Shown here one piece after another: positions 42,692 to 53,162 of a stretch of DNA of 64,000 nt. The position numbers and the translations under genes are program-made. This stretch comes from an uncultured Ruficoccus sp. GTDB lineage: Bacteria; Verrucomicrobiota; Verrucomicrobiia; Opitutales; Cerasicoccaceae. The stretch is taken from positions 576,001-640,000 of the forward strand of contig OZ223481.1 of the NCBI GenBank assembly GCA_965140785.1, given 5' to 3'. How positions within the stretch are numbered: the stretch's first letter is position 1; every line of letters begins with the position of its first letter. A model generated the notes under the pieces. It did not search any database. It had not been told where the DNA came from and was given only the letters and a program-made list of their open reading frames with translations.

Positions 42692-45600
42692 ATGTATAAC
42701 TTAATTGCAGTTATTTTGTTTCTTGCTATCTTCATTCGTCCGCTGAATTCCCAGACTCTGGAAGTTATTAATGAGGCCGGAAATTCCAACATTCTGTTCA
42801 AAGTCGAATCGTTAGAAATCTCTGACGATATCAATTACTTCGGAGGAAAAAACTGGGACAGCTATGAGAACAAAGTGACACTTGATGCTGACGGGATTGC
42901 TGTGCTAAATACATATGGTACGGAGGCTGATTGGTCATTCCGGCGGGAGATTGGTGTTTTGGCTGGCGGCCATGAAGTGGAAATCACCATTCAGGCATAT
43001 CAGAAAGCATATAGCAATGTGCAGGGTAATCATTTTGAATATGTGATAAGGATGCCGCGGGTCGGGCTTGAAGGCATTCGCTGGGAGGCGATTGTCGGGC
43101 GCTCGAAGCGAACGGCAGAGGAATCCGGCGTTGTCGATTCTGCTGCTTCCAATGGGGGGCTTCCGGTAAGTCCTTGCCGCTGGATCAACTTCGATTTGCC
43201 TTCCGGTAGTATTGTTTTCGATTTCAATCCCGAGGGTGTTACTTCCTACTCCGACTGGGGGCAGACGCTGATCCGCGGGCAGTGGATAATAAGGGTTCGT
43301 GGCGACTTTATTGAGTTCGTATTCTCCCAGTCTGCGGGCATTACTGGATTTACGATCAACAGCAAAGTTCTCATTTTTGAAGGGACACTTGCTGACTATG
43401 ATGCGCGTCACACGGAAAAGAAGTATTACTATTACGATAACTTCCGCGCGGCAAAAAGCTTTAGCTTTGGTGCGTCAGTTCCCGGCGAATCATTTACCCG
43501 CGTTGACGATACATTGTTTTCGAACAATGCTCAGGCCGGTTGGTTGGATAATGCGCCGGTTGCATTGGGGAAAATTGCGGATAAGGGAGGGTTTTACGGC
43601 TACGCAGAGGGGAGCGAAGCGTCCGTATTCCAAAGCGTGGTCGATCCCGGTCTGTATCTGATAAATGTCTCCGTGGCCAGTGGTGAGGATGCTCTGAATC
43701 CGTTTACGATCAGCTCGAACGGCCGGCTTGTTTCTGATGACTCGGCTTTGCCTGCTGAAAACTTGCGCACCTACACCTTTTCGCAGTGGCTTGACGACGG
43801 CATCTTTCGCCTTGAGCTTGGTTCCGACTGGAGGATATCGGCTGTTACGTTGCAATTGATCCAGCGTCGGACTGAAGACTATAAAGTGCGGCGCTCTTTT
43901 TGGCGCGTTTCCGATCTGTATGAGCCGTCAACGCTTTATAGTTCCTTTGACTATTCAGGGGAGCCGGATTATAAGGTGGTTGTTCAGGATCAGCCACTGC
44001 CTGTTTATATTGATTCGGATATTCCCAATGCGATTATTCAGGCGGATAGTGAGGTGTTGCTTCCGGATCAGCGCAGTCCGAGTTTTGCCTGGCGGACAAA
44101 TTCGACCCTAGGAAGTTTGGGGACGGGAGTCTTGGGCAGTTTTGATGAGTTTAATACGCCTGAGCTTATTGCTCGCCGCGTTGCCGAGCTTAAAGAGCGC
44201 GGGATTACTGCGATCACTGTTGACGGGCTGCACTCGCGCCTGCTTTTTTCCGAGCAACTGCCGAAGGTGGAGGAGAATATGCGAATGCTGGTTGAGGAGT
44301 GCCATCGCAACGGCATCAAGGTCATTGACCATTACAGCCTTACTCTGCTTTGGAACTGGGGGAACGGCACCCGTTTTTTGGTCGAGCATCCGGACTGGTT
44401 GCAGCGTTCGGTATCGGAAAATCTTCCGAATCGGGGTATCTGCCCCAATAACCCAGAGTTTCGAGAGTTCTACTTTGACTATGTTAAAGATTTTATCGCG
44501 AAGACGGATATTGACGGCATGATGATTGACGAGATCGGTTTTCAGAATAAGAGCACTTGCGCCTGTATTTACTGCCGCGAGGCCTTCACCCGAGATACGG
44601 GGCTTGTGCTACCTTTGAATGAAACTTCGCATCTTGTTGATCACATCAGTACTAACTTAGGCAAAAGTTATCTCGCATGGCGTGCGCGTTCCATTGGTGA
44701 CTTCTACGTTGAAATGCGTCGTGAAATTAATAAAGTAAAGCCCGAGTTTACGTTGTTAAACTATACTACACACCGCCTTTTTTTCGAGAGTGAATGTGTG
44801 ATTGCTAACGGCGTGAGTATTACGGAGGCAGCACGCGGATCAGACTGGCTTGGGATCGAGTTTATGACGCGGGCACCGATGGCGTCCCATCGTACCAATC
44901 TTGCATTTGGGAAACTGACAAATTCGCTACGCATGGCGTACGATGCCCCGATCTTTCGTCTGGTCTATACAAATGATTATGATGTCGCGTATTTTTGCTG
45001 GGCACAAAACGCGATGCTGGGGCAGGTGACGTGGTTTATCAATCCGGTTCCCGAATCCAAGGGCAGAGACTTCTCCCAATATAAAAGCGGAATGGATGTT
45101 AACAGCGCCACGCCGCGCGCAACGGTTGCGATGTTTTTCTCTACGCAGAGCCGCGACTGGGCGGGGCGGGGTATGCCGCATGCTCCCGACGCGGTTGGCT
45201 TTCTGCAAAACCTTGGTGATCGCAATGTACCGGCCATTGCCCTTATTGAGCCTTCATTCAGCCCTGAAGAATTGTCGGAGTATCCGGTTCTGATTCTGCC
45301 GAGTGCATCCTGTATGTCGGATCGTGAGGTTGAGGTCGCTCTGGATTTTGTGAAAGACGGCGGCTATCTGGTGGTGACGGGTGATACCGCAACGTTGGAT
45401 GAGGCAGGAAACCCGCGCACGGTCTGGCCTTTTGCCTCGCTGTTTGGCATCTCTCCGGAGCCATTTAAGCGGGTGCGTATATCGACGATTCAGTCCGGTG
45501 ATTCCGTTGTGGCGGCTCCTGCCAACATGAGGTTCGCTGCTCTTAAGAACGTAGAGCATGCCAAGGGGGATGTTGTTTTTGAAGCTACCGAGCCTAACGG

Positions 45601-46132
45601 GCGCACTTATCCGGTCGGTTTGGCCGTCGATTACGGCAAGGGCAAGGCCCTTTATCTGTCCGGACAGTTTGGTGTTTTAAACTACGAGCCTTATGAGCAG
45701 AAACTGGGGGTTGTGCCGGTTCTGTCGCGCAGTGCCGAGCAGGATGCTGTTATGGATGCCTTGCTGGGAGAGGTTCTCGCGGGTCGGAATTTTTTCGATT
45801 TCCCATACTCAGGAGATCGTATTGCGTCCACGGTTTATACTGAGAAGACGGCTGATGGGGAGGCGACGCTTGTGCATCTTCTCAATACAGCCGGGGCCGG
45901 CTATCCATCCGGAGTCATTGTGCGTGAAGTAGCTTATGGCGATCCGTTTCCTGCGCTTGAAGCCATTACTTTTGGCATCGCAACGCAGCCAATTGTGTCT
46001 GCCAAACTTACATCTCCTGATTTTGACGGCGAGATTAAGTTGGCATGGCAGAAACGTGCAGACGGAACTTTTCAGATTGAAATCCCCGGTGGGACTTTTT
46101 CCAGCTATGCGATTGTTCGTCTGGAGCACTGA
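42692..46132 (+). CDS. Large secreted putative glycoside hydrolase with beta-galactosidase trimerisation-like domain
   Basis: Signal peptide; CHRNGIKV, EHPDW, CPNNPEF, DGMMIDEI, CACIYC, FVKDGGYLV. Confidence 0.7.
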   Translation: MYNLIAVILFLAIFIRPLNSQTLEVINEAGNSNILFKVESLEISDDINYFGGKNWDSYENKVTLDADGIAVLNTYGTEADWSFRREIGVLAGGHEVEITIQAYQKAYSNVQGNHFEYVIRMPRVGLEGIRWEAIVGRSKRTAEESGVVDSAASNGGLPVSPCRWINFDLPSGSIVFDFNPEGVTSYSDWGQTLIRGQWIIRVRGDFIEFVFSQSAGITGFTINSKVLIFEGTLADYDARHTEKKYYYYDNFRAAKSFSFGASVPGESFTRVDDTLFSNNAQAGWLDNAPVALGKIADKGGFYGYAEGSEASVFQSVVDPGLYLINVSVASGEDALNPFTISSNGRLVSDDSALPAENLRTYTFSQWLDDGIFRLELGSDWRISAVTLQLIQRRTEDYKVRRSFWRVSDLYEPSTLYSSFDYSGEPDYKVVVQDQPLPVYIDSDIPNAIIQADSEVLLPDQRSPSFAWRTNSTLGSLGTGVLGSFDEFNTPELIARRVAELKERGITAITVDGLHSRLLFSEQLPKVEENMRMLVEECHRNGIKVIDHYSLTLLWNWGNGTRFLVEHPDWLQRSVSENLPNRGICPNNPEFREFYFDYVKDFIAKTDIDGMMIDEIGFQNKSTCACIYCREAFTRDTGLVLPLNETSHLVDHISTNLGKSYLAWRARSIGDFYVEMRREINKVKPEFTLLNYTTHRLFFESECVIANGVSITEAARGSDWLGIEFMTRAPMASHRTNLAFGKLTNSLRMAYDAPIFRLVYTNDYDVAYFCWAQNAMLGQVTWFINPVPESKGRDFSQYKSGMDVNSATPRATVAMFFSTQSRDWAGRGMPHAPDAVGFLQNLGDRNVPAIALIEPSFSPEELSEYPVLILPSASCMSDREVEVALDFVKDGGYLVVTGDTATLDEAGNPRTVWPFASLFGISPEPFKRVRISTIQSGDSVVAAPANMRFAALKNVEHAKGDVVFEATEPNGRTYPVGLAVDYGKGKALYLSGQFGVLNYEPYEQKLGVVPVLSRSAEQDAVMDALLGEVLAGRNFFDFPYSGDRIASTVYTEKTADGEATLVHLLNTAGAGYPSGVIVREVAYGDPFPALEAITFGIATQPIVSAKLTSPDFDGEIKLAWQKRADGTFQIEIPGGTFSSYAIVRLEH

Positions 46133-46249
46133 GGAGCGGGGTGGCCTCTGTATCCGTAATGGGTCGGATTGCTGTTTGCGGGCGATCTGCGCAGGTGGGA
46201 CAATCGCTGTTTTACCCGACTGAATTTTAAATAAATATCCGCTTTAGTT

Positions 46250-46900
46250 ATGAAGCCTGTAATATCTTTGTATGCAGCCTCGAAGCGTAATGATGACGCT
46301 TATGTCGCTGCACTTCTTTGGAGAGCAAGCCCGATCCTGTTGCGGGTGAAGCAAGCGGTTGTGGAAAACTCCTGCGGAGAGCTACGCTCACTGCGCTTTA
46401 CATGGTCGCGCCCGAAGAAGCGTGCATCAGGCAGTGCGGATTTTGTCTACGGGACATTGGGGGCGATGCTGGATGGCGTGTGTGCACTGGTGGGAGGTGA
46501 CTGCAGGAGCTTGCATATCGAGAAGTGCGAGGGGGCAAACATTTTGTTCGCTCTGGCCGAGTTTACCGGAGGTGTTGTGGCCGAGTTTGAACTGAATGAA
46601 TGCCTGCCGGACTCAATGCCCGATATCTGCTTTGTTAAGGCGAATTTTACCGATGGACATCTTACGAATCAGCCTCTGGTTGGGTATTTAAATGATGAAG
46701 GTGCGATCTTTGCAGATGATGAATCACTCCGCTTTCCGATGCCGCTGGGCAATGGAGAACTGACGGTGGAGGGGCCGGTCGAATATCTCGGGCACTGTTT
46801 CAAGACAGCAGTGCAATCGGGCACAATCCCGTGCGGTGCGCAAAACTCAGCCCGTTTAATTAAACTTATTGATGTAGCTCTGACCCATGCAGAAAATTAA
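46250..46900 (+). CDS. Hypothetical protein, possibly a Gfo/Idh/MocA C-terminal-like domain
   Basis: CGELRSLRF segment resembles the neighbouring oxidoreductase (LGEIKSIYL); no Rossmann motif. Confidence 0.5.
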   Translation: MKPVISLYAASKRNDDAYVAALLWRASPILLRVKQAVVENSCGELRSLRFTWSRPKKRASGSADFVYGTLGAMLDGVCALVGGDCRSLHIEKCEGANILFALAEFTGGVVAEFELNECLPDSMPDICFVKANFTDGHLTNQPLVGYLNDEGAIFADDESLRFPMPLGNGELTVEGPVEYLGHCFKTAVQSGTIPCGAQNSARLIKLIDVALTHAEN

Positions 46901-48002
46901 CATACTCATTGCCGGAACGGGAAACCCGCATATCCCTGCTTACCTTCGGGGGAGCGGGCGTGATGTGAGCGGGCTGAACATCGTTGCAGTTTCGGATGCG
47001 GACGCAGGGCGTTTGGAGCGGGCGGGGGAAATGCTCGGTGACGACTCCGCCCGTGTACGCTTTTACCGTGACCACAGGGAAATGTTTGCCGCGCATCCGG
47101 ATGCGGATGCCGTGATTATCGGCAGTGATAATATCGATCATCTACGCATGTTTGAAGATGCGGTTTTCCACAATTTTCACATCTTTATGATGAAGGTGAT
47201 CTCGATGGATGAGAGAGAGTGCCGTCGGATGCTTGAGTTGGTCAAGAGCTATGACAGGGTGGTGCAGTGCGAGCTGGAGCTGCACTTTCACCCTCAGTTC
47301 AGGGCTGCGCGGGAGCTTGTCCGCTCGGACAGACTGGGCGAAATAAAATCCATATACCTGAGCAATATCAGCCAGAGCCCTTGCAATTATTTCCCCAACT
47401 GGGGCGACCCGGTGCTGTCGTACGGAAAGAAAATTCCGATTCGTCCGGGAGCGGATTATTACCGCGGAGGGGCATTGACTGATCACCCCCATGCCTTTGA
47501 CATGGTGCGCTGGATTACCGGTGCAGAGTTTGATACCGTGCGTGCGCTGTCTGCCCTGAACCAGCGTTCGCATCTAGAAGTTGAGGATCATGTTGCCGTC
47601 ATGGGGCGTCTGGACAACGGCGTGAAATATTTTATCAATCCTTCGTACTCCAATCTGGAGGAGCGGGTTGCGACACGCAGATTGCTCTGGCCGAAATCTT
47701 TGGAGTGTAATCTGAAGATCACGGGCACCGCAGGGTATTATTCCTGTGATTTCTTTGACCATCACTGCTACATAATCGGTAGCAATTATGTCTCTGCAAA
47801 TCGTCTGATCGTTGACAGCACTCCGCGCCCTAAACCCGATCAGGATGATTCGATTATCGGGAGCTTTATTGCGTGCATCCATAAGCGGCGGGAGCATCCC
47901 GAGTCTGCGCTGGCCGATTCTTATGCCGCAGTAAGAGTGATGAATGCGGCCTATGAGTCGATTTATCATAATTGCGAAATCACACTGGAGCCGCTGCGGT
48001 AA
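46887..48002 (+). CDS. Gfo/Idh/MocA-family oxidoreductase
   Basis: IAGTG, DAVII, GGALTDHPHAFD, EVED. Confidence 0.88.
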   Translation: MQKINILIAGTGNPHIPAYLRGSGRDVSGLNIVAVSDADAGRLERAGEMLGDDSARVRFYRDHREMFAAHPDADAVIIGSDNIDHLRMFEDAVFHNFHIFMMKVISMDERECRRMLELVKSYDRVVQCELELHFHPQFRAARELVRSDRLGEIKSIYLSNISQSPCNYFPNWGDPVLSYGKKIPIRPGADYYRGGALTDHPHAFDMVRWITGAEFDTVRALSALNQRSHLEVEDHVAVMGRLDNGVKYFINPSYSNLEERVATRRLLWPKSLECNLKITGTAGYYSCDFFDHHCYIIGSNYVSANRLIVDSTPRPKPDQDDSIIGSFIACIHKRREHPESALADSYAAVRVMNAAYESIYHNCEITLEPLR

Positions 48003-49348
48003 TGAGTGTTGTTGAAAATACGTATCGCTGTGGCACGCTGACTTACACGAGGCTCGGATTGATCAATCTGTTCGTCTGGCTGCTGTGGGGAGACTTTTGT
48101 TATACCATCATGGCTACCATGATGCCGACTCTGGTCCCGCTGATGCTGCGCAGCCATGATGCCAGTAATTTCACGATCGGACTTTTGGTCGGGAGCGTAC
48201 CTGCGATCCTGAACTTTATTATCAATCCGATTGTCAGCACAACCAGTGACCGTACGCGGAGCCGCTGGGGACGCCGCCGTCCGTTCCTGATGTTCTCACC
48301 ACCTTTTGTGGTGATATCGCTGATCCTCCTTGGCTGGAGCGACAACATCGGCGCATTCTTCTATCAGATGGCTTGGGGAGATGAGGGGAGCCCGGCAACA
48401 TTCATCATCTGCCTGATTGCCATCTTTACGATCTCATATCAGGCCTTTGATCTGTTTGTCGGCGCAGTGTACTCTTATCTGTTTGCCGATGTTGTGCCGC
48501 TGCAGTTTATCGGCCGCTTTATGGCTCTGTTCCGTATGGTCGGTGCATTGGGCGGAATGTGCTTCAATCTTGTCGTGCTGCCGTTGGCCGATGTGCATAT
48601 GCCTATGATCTTTACGGTCATTGCGATTATCTACTTTCTCAGTTTCACTGCAATGTGCATTAATGTGAAAGAGGGCGAGTACCCGCCTCCGGCAACGGTT
48701 GCCCCCGGTATTTTGCCAATGGTGAAGATGTATGTGCGGGAATGCTTCAGTATCCCCTTCTTTTTCATTCTGTTTATCGGGCTCGGGATGAACTACGCAT
48801 CCACGGTTTGCCGTGGAATATTCAATCTGCTTTTCGCTACCGAGACGTTGGGCCTCAGCCTGAGACAGTATGGGAATATTGCAGTCGTTGGCTCGATTGT
48901 CGCCATTGTGCTCTATATCCCTGCCGGTATTCTGGTTGACCGGCTTCACCCGCTGCGGGTTTACATGATGGGGGCCGTGCTAGTCATACTTGCAAATTTA
49001 TTTGGATTTTTCTTCGTCAGCGATTTCTACAGCTTCTTCATCGTCGCCGTCGTTATTGCGATTGTCTACGTGTTTCAGGACAGCAGTATGCTGCCTATCT
49101 GTGTTAAGCTCTATCCGAAGGCAAAGTTCGGGCAGTTTTGTTCGGCTGCGGCTATGGTGAAGGCGCTGCTCCTTGTGGCGGCCAATGCCGGTGGGGGAGC
49201 ATTTATTGACTGGCTTGGGTATCAGTATATCTTTATCTGGGACCTTATATTCACTTCGATTTGCTTATGTGTCCTTATCTGGGTATATCGCAAATGGAAG
49301 ACTCTCGGCGGAGATCGGAACTACACGCCGCCGTGTGTTGAAACGTAA
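48002..49348 (+). CDS. MFS transporter
   Basis: SDRTRSRWGRRRPF motif; about 12 hydrophobic segments. Confidence 0.9.
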   Translation: MSVVENTYRCGTLTYTRLGLINLFVWLLWGDFCYTIMATMMPTLVPLMLRSHDASNFTIGLLVGSVPAILNFIINPIVSTTSDRTRSRWGRRRPFLMFSPPFVVISLILLGWSDNIGAFFYQMAWGDEGSPATFIICLIAIFTISYQAFDLFVGAVYSYLFADVVPLQFIGRFMALFRMVGALGGMCFNLVVLPLADVHMPMIFTVIAIIYFLSFTAMCINVKEGEYPPPATVAPGILPMVKMYVRECFSIPFFFILFIGLGMNYASTVCRGIFNLLFATETLGLSLRQYGNIAVVGSIVAIVLYIPAGILVDRLHPLRVYMMGAVLVILANLFGFFFVSDFYSFFIVAVVIAIVYVFQDSSMLPICVKLYPKAKFGQFCSAAAMVKALLLVAANAGGGAFIDWLGYQYIFIWDLIFTSICLCVLIWVYRKWKTLGGDRNYTPPCVET

Positions 49349-49404
49349 TGCGGGTCAGGCCTGCGATGTGCTGCATCTCTGATGCTGCGTTGTTGCCGGT
49401 AGCA

Positions 49405-50466
49405 TCAGGGCGCCGGAGTGCTCTTTAACGGACCGCGCAGAGTCGGCCCCTCCGTCCACTGCGGGCGGAGCAGCAACTCGCGGCTTGCTGAAGGAATGCC
49501 TGTGTCACCGCGCAGGATGAGGCTGTGCATGAGATCGATTGCTCCTTCGCCGATCTGATCGACGTTAAGGATGATGCCTGCGGCCTCGGGCGAATGGATG
49601 TTGGTAATCAGTGAAACACCGACATCTTCAGGCACCCTGACTCCGGTGGAGCGGATCCAGTTGATGGCTTTTACCTGCGGTGTCACCACGACTTCGGGTC
49701 TTTCGCTGAGAAACCACTCGGTGAAGTCTTCCTGCTCGATCTGGTCGGGCAAATAGGGGCGGACGTACTCCAGCTTCCGGTCGTGGGGCAGGTGCCATTC
49801 TTTACTGAGGCCACCAAGCCACTCAAACCGGTGTCGTTGCAATAAATGGCGTTGCTGTGCGAGGCCGATTCTGCGCACTCCGCGTGCTTTGAGTTGTTTG
49901 CAAATCAGATGCATCGACGAATACGCGTCAACTGCCACGCGGTGCCATTGTTCGACATAGGCAGGGTCGCCAACTCCGACGCCGACCAATGAATAGTATT
50001 TCCAGTCCATCTTTGGCAGCTTCGCGGTTTCATTGCGAAAAGGCAGAACGATTAGACCTCTTGTGCCTCGCGCCTTCAGAATACGATCCGGCTGCTTCCA
50101 ATTGTGTAGGTGCTTTTCTAAAAGAACTTCGTTCAGGGCATAGCCGTATAAAGCCGCAGCCTTATGCATTCCCGACAGGCACAGCTTGAGCCATGAGTTG
50201 TCTTCGCCAGCACGGTCATCCGTCCAGCAGTCATCAATGATAACTGCAAGATTTGCCAGTGCGCGCCGCTGGCCACGCCGTGCAACCAGTGCGGCCAGTA
50301 TCGGATCTGGCCTGTAGCCCAATTCCTTGGCAGCCTCTCTGAGCCGTGCCCGTGTGGAAGCTGCGATTTCTGGGTTATTACGTAGCCCCATGCTTGCGGT
50401 TGCTATGCTTACGCCGGCATGGTTTGCGACATCTCTCAACGTGATGTTTTTTTCGTCAGATGGCAT
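49405..50466 (-). CDS. LacI-family transcriptional regulator
   Basis: ITLRDVANHAGVSIATASMGL, LGYRPDP, VPEDVGV. Confidence 0.92.
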   Translation of the reverse strand: MPSDEKNITLRDVANHAGVSIATASMGLRNNPEIAASTRARLREAAKELGYRPDPILAALVARRGQRRALANLAVIIDDCWTDDRAGEDNSWLKLCLSGMHKAAALYGYALNEVLLEKHLHNWKQPDRILKARGTRGLIVLPFRNETAKLPKMDWKYYSLVGVGVGDPAYVEQWHRVAVDAYSSMHLICKQLKARGVRRIGLAQQRHLLQRHRFEWLGGLSKEWHLPHDRKLEYVRPYLPDQIEQEDFTEWFLSERPEVVVTPQVKAINWIRSTGVRVPEDVGVSLITNIHSPEAAGIILNVDQIGEGAIDLMHSLILRGDTGIPSASRELLLRPQWTEGPTLRGPLKSTPAP

Positions 50467-50495
50467 AATCCCCTTTGATATGTATTTATATGCAG

Positions 50496-51579
50496 CGCGG
50501 ATTCCAACTTCTAAGGAATCATTGTTGTGCTGGGTTGAGCTGGTCAAGCTGCGAGGTGTAGTTTGAGGTTGTTGGGTGAAAGGAAGTGGAGGGTTTTGCG
50601 TGGGCGTTGGTTGAGTTGGGCTTCGATGTGGGCGAGCCTAGGCTCGCCCACATCGAGGAAGTTCGTGCCTTTGGGAAAGTATTGTCGGACCAGTCCGTTG
50701 AAGTTCTCGAGGCCGCCTTTTTCCCATGAGTGGTAGGGCTTGCAAAAGAATCCGGCTGCGCCGAGGGCCTCACTGAGGCGTTGGTGTCCGGCGAACTCGA
50801 GCCCGTTGTCATAGGTGATGGTGTGCACGCGGTAGCCTTGCAAGGCGGCGATGATGGCCTCAGCGGTCTCGTTGGCATCTTTGCTTTGCAACAGTGCCAG
50901 CCGCCCATAGCGGCTCTTGCGCTCGTAAAGGCTCAGCACGTAACCACCACCCCGGCAGCCCGCGATGAGGTCCGCCTCCCAGTCGCCGTAACGCTCGCGC
51001 CGCTGCACGATGGCAGGCCGCAGCTCAATGTCCACGCGGGCCGGAAGCTTGTGGCGGCGGGCTTTGTTCTTGTGCCGATAGCGGCGTTTACCGTTGATGC
51101 GCAGGTGCAGGTAAAGCTGGCCTCCGCGGTCGCGCTCGGCCTGGATAAACGTGTAGATGCTCGTGCGCGAAGGAACCGCCTGGCCTTCGCGACGCAGCGC
51201 CCCGCTGATCTGCTCGGGGCTGTGCTTGCACTCAAGCCGCTCACGCACAAGGGTCTCCAACTCTGCCTCGATCACTCGGTGGCGGCGACGCTTGCCGCGT
51301 TGACGCTCAAGCGCCTTGGCATGCGCCTGACCAGGACGATAACCGCGTAGCCCGTGATTACGACTCAGCTCCTTGCTGATCGTCGATTGAGAAAATCCCA
51401 GATAATGGGCGATCTCACGCTGACTCTTTCCGGCTTTACGCATGCGATAAATGATGGGACGATCCTCCACGCGGAGGCGACGGTAGCTCTTCTTCGGCAT
51501 TTTGATTGTGGTAAATCGCAATGCTTGAGCACCTGCTCGACCTCCGCACCTTTTTATTCCCTAGATGGTGGCATCCGCC
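50496..51579 (-). mobile_element. IS30-family insertion sequence, apparently intact
   Basis: Imperfect terminal IRs GCGGATTCCAACTTCTAAGGAAT / GCGGATGCCACCATCTAGGGAAT; CAG duplicated on both flanks. Confidence 0.9.
50544..51521 (-). CDS. IS30-family transposase
   Basis: SPEQIS, GDWEADL, TYDNGLEF, PYHSWEKGGLENFNGLVRQYFPKG. Confidence 0.95.
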   Translation of the reverse strand: MRFTTIKMPKKSYRRLRVEDRPIIYRMRKAGKSQREIAHYLGFSQSTISKELSRNHGLRGYRPGQAHAKALERQRGKRRRHRVIEAELETLVRERLECKHSPEQISGALRREGQAVPSRTSIYTFIQAERDRGGQLYLHLRINGKRRYRHKNKARRHKLPARVDIELRPAIVQRRERYGDWEADLIAGCRGGGYVLSLYERKSRYGRLALLQSKDANETAEAIIAALQGYRVHTITYDNGLEFAGHQRLSEALGAAGFFCKPYHSWEKGGLENFNGLVRQYFPKGTNFLDVGEPRLAHIEAQLNQRPRKTLHFLSPNNLKLHLAA

Positions 51580-51626
51580 CAGCTTAATATTGCGATTTTA
51601 AAGGAATAAATCGCTGGTTTGATTGC

Positions 51627-52117
51627 TTAACTTATACGGAATTTACGCCTATAGGATTGCGGGGTAAGACCAATGACTTTTTTGAATCCGCGGTTGAAGT
51701 GGGCGCTGTCGGCAAATCCCAACTGGTGGGCAATCTCTGAGGATGTCGCGTTGCTGGAAAGCAGGCGGCGGCATGCGCGATGAATCCTTCGGCGTTGGAA
51801 ATAATCGCTGGCAGTCAGTCCTGTAGTCATCTTAAAAAGTCGACAGAAGTGTGATGCGGATGCTCCAGAATGGGAGGCAATCATTTTCATATCGGGCGTT
51901 TCTCCGGTACGTACCGGTCGTTCGATTTCCAGTAGTCCGCGCATGACGGAATCGGGCCATGCTCTGCTGGCTGTTGCATTGAACTCGCGTACGTAGGAGC
52001 GAATCATGCGGATCAGGCACTTAAGAAAGCAGGCCTCAAGGAACAGCGTCTGTCCGTCGGGGGAATCGCCCTTGCGTTGAAGTTGTTGAAAGTCGACAAG
52101 ACATTCGTCTAGCTGTC
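51627..52117 (-). pseudogene. AraC regulator, 5' part removed by IS3 insertion
   Basis: LGFADSAHFNRGFKKVIGLTP; the frame runs into the IS3 left end. Confidence 0.8.
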
Positions 52118-53162
52118 TGAGCCTCCCGAAAGTGGTCCATTGCTGATGAGATGATTTTCTGTCAGATGACAGATAATCGAGTATGAAACGAGGAAGACGA
52201 AGCACCGAAGAGATCATCCGCATCCTTCGCGCGAGCGAAGGGCTAAACGTCGAGGATGCCTGCCGCGAGCACGGTATCAGCACGGCGACGTACCATCGCT
52301 ACAAGCGCCAGTATGGGGGGTTGGATGTGAAGGAGGCACAGCGGCTACGGGACTTGGAGAAGGAGTTCACGAGCGTAGCGAGAAGGCCTGACACTCCGAG
52401 TTGAAGAAGCTGCTTGCCGACCAGTTGCTCAAGACCAAAGCCCTTGAGATTGCGTTGGAAAAAAACGCCTGAGCCCGGATCACCAGCGCGGGGCGGCCGC
52501 CAAGGTCGTCGCCGCGCTTCGGTGCTCCGGGAGACAAGTGTGCCGGTGGCTGGACATTCATCGATCAACCTATCGTTACCAACCCAAGCCGCTGCCCGAG
52601 AAGAAGCGGCTGCTCGAAGCCCAGATCGTGAAGATGAGCCAAGGTCACGCGCAAACTGCGAGAGGCCGGTTGGGCCGTGGGCAAGAAGCTGGTGCAACGC
52701 GTACGTCGACAAGAGGGCCTGCAAGTGCCTGCTCCTAAACCACGCACACGTCGTCAGGGCTTGTCGACCGGACTGCCGCAGCAGGCCACGCATCGCAACC
52801 ATGTCTGGGCCTGGGACTTCGTCTCCGACCATACTCAGCGCGGCGGCGCCCTGCGTTGCGTTAACCTCATCGACGAGTTTACGCGGGAGTGTCATTGCAT
52901 CCATGCGGATCGCTCGATCAAGGCCGATGATGTACTCGCCGTGCTCAAGCAGGCAATCGCCACCCATGGCGCGCCCGAGTATATCCGCTCCGATAATGGG
53001 CCTGAGTTTATCGCCAGGCCCATTAAGCGCTGGTTGGCCGACAACCAGATCAAGACGCTCTATATCGATCCGGGGTGCCCTTGGCAGAATGGCTACGTCG
53101 AATCCTTCAACAGCCGCTTCCGGCAGGAGTGTCTGGATCGCGAACTGCTCTATACCCTCAGC
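52118..53162 (+). mobile_element. Degenerate IS3-family element (orfA/orfB)
   Basis: TG-start left end; orfA HTH at 52183; A-run slippage site near 52460; orfB WAWDF, RSDNGPEF, PWQNGYVESFN; internal indels; 3' end cut by IS66 end. Confidence 0.85.
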
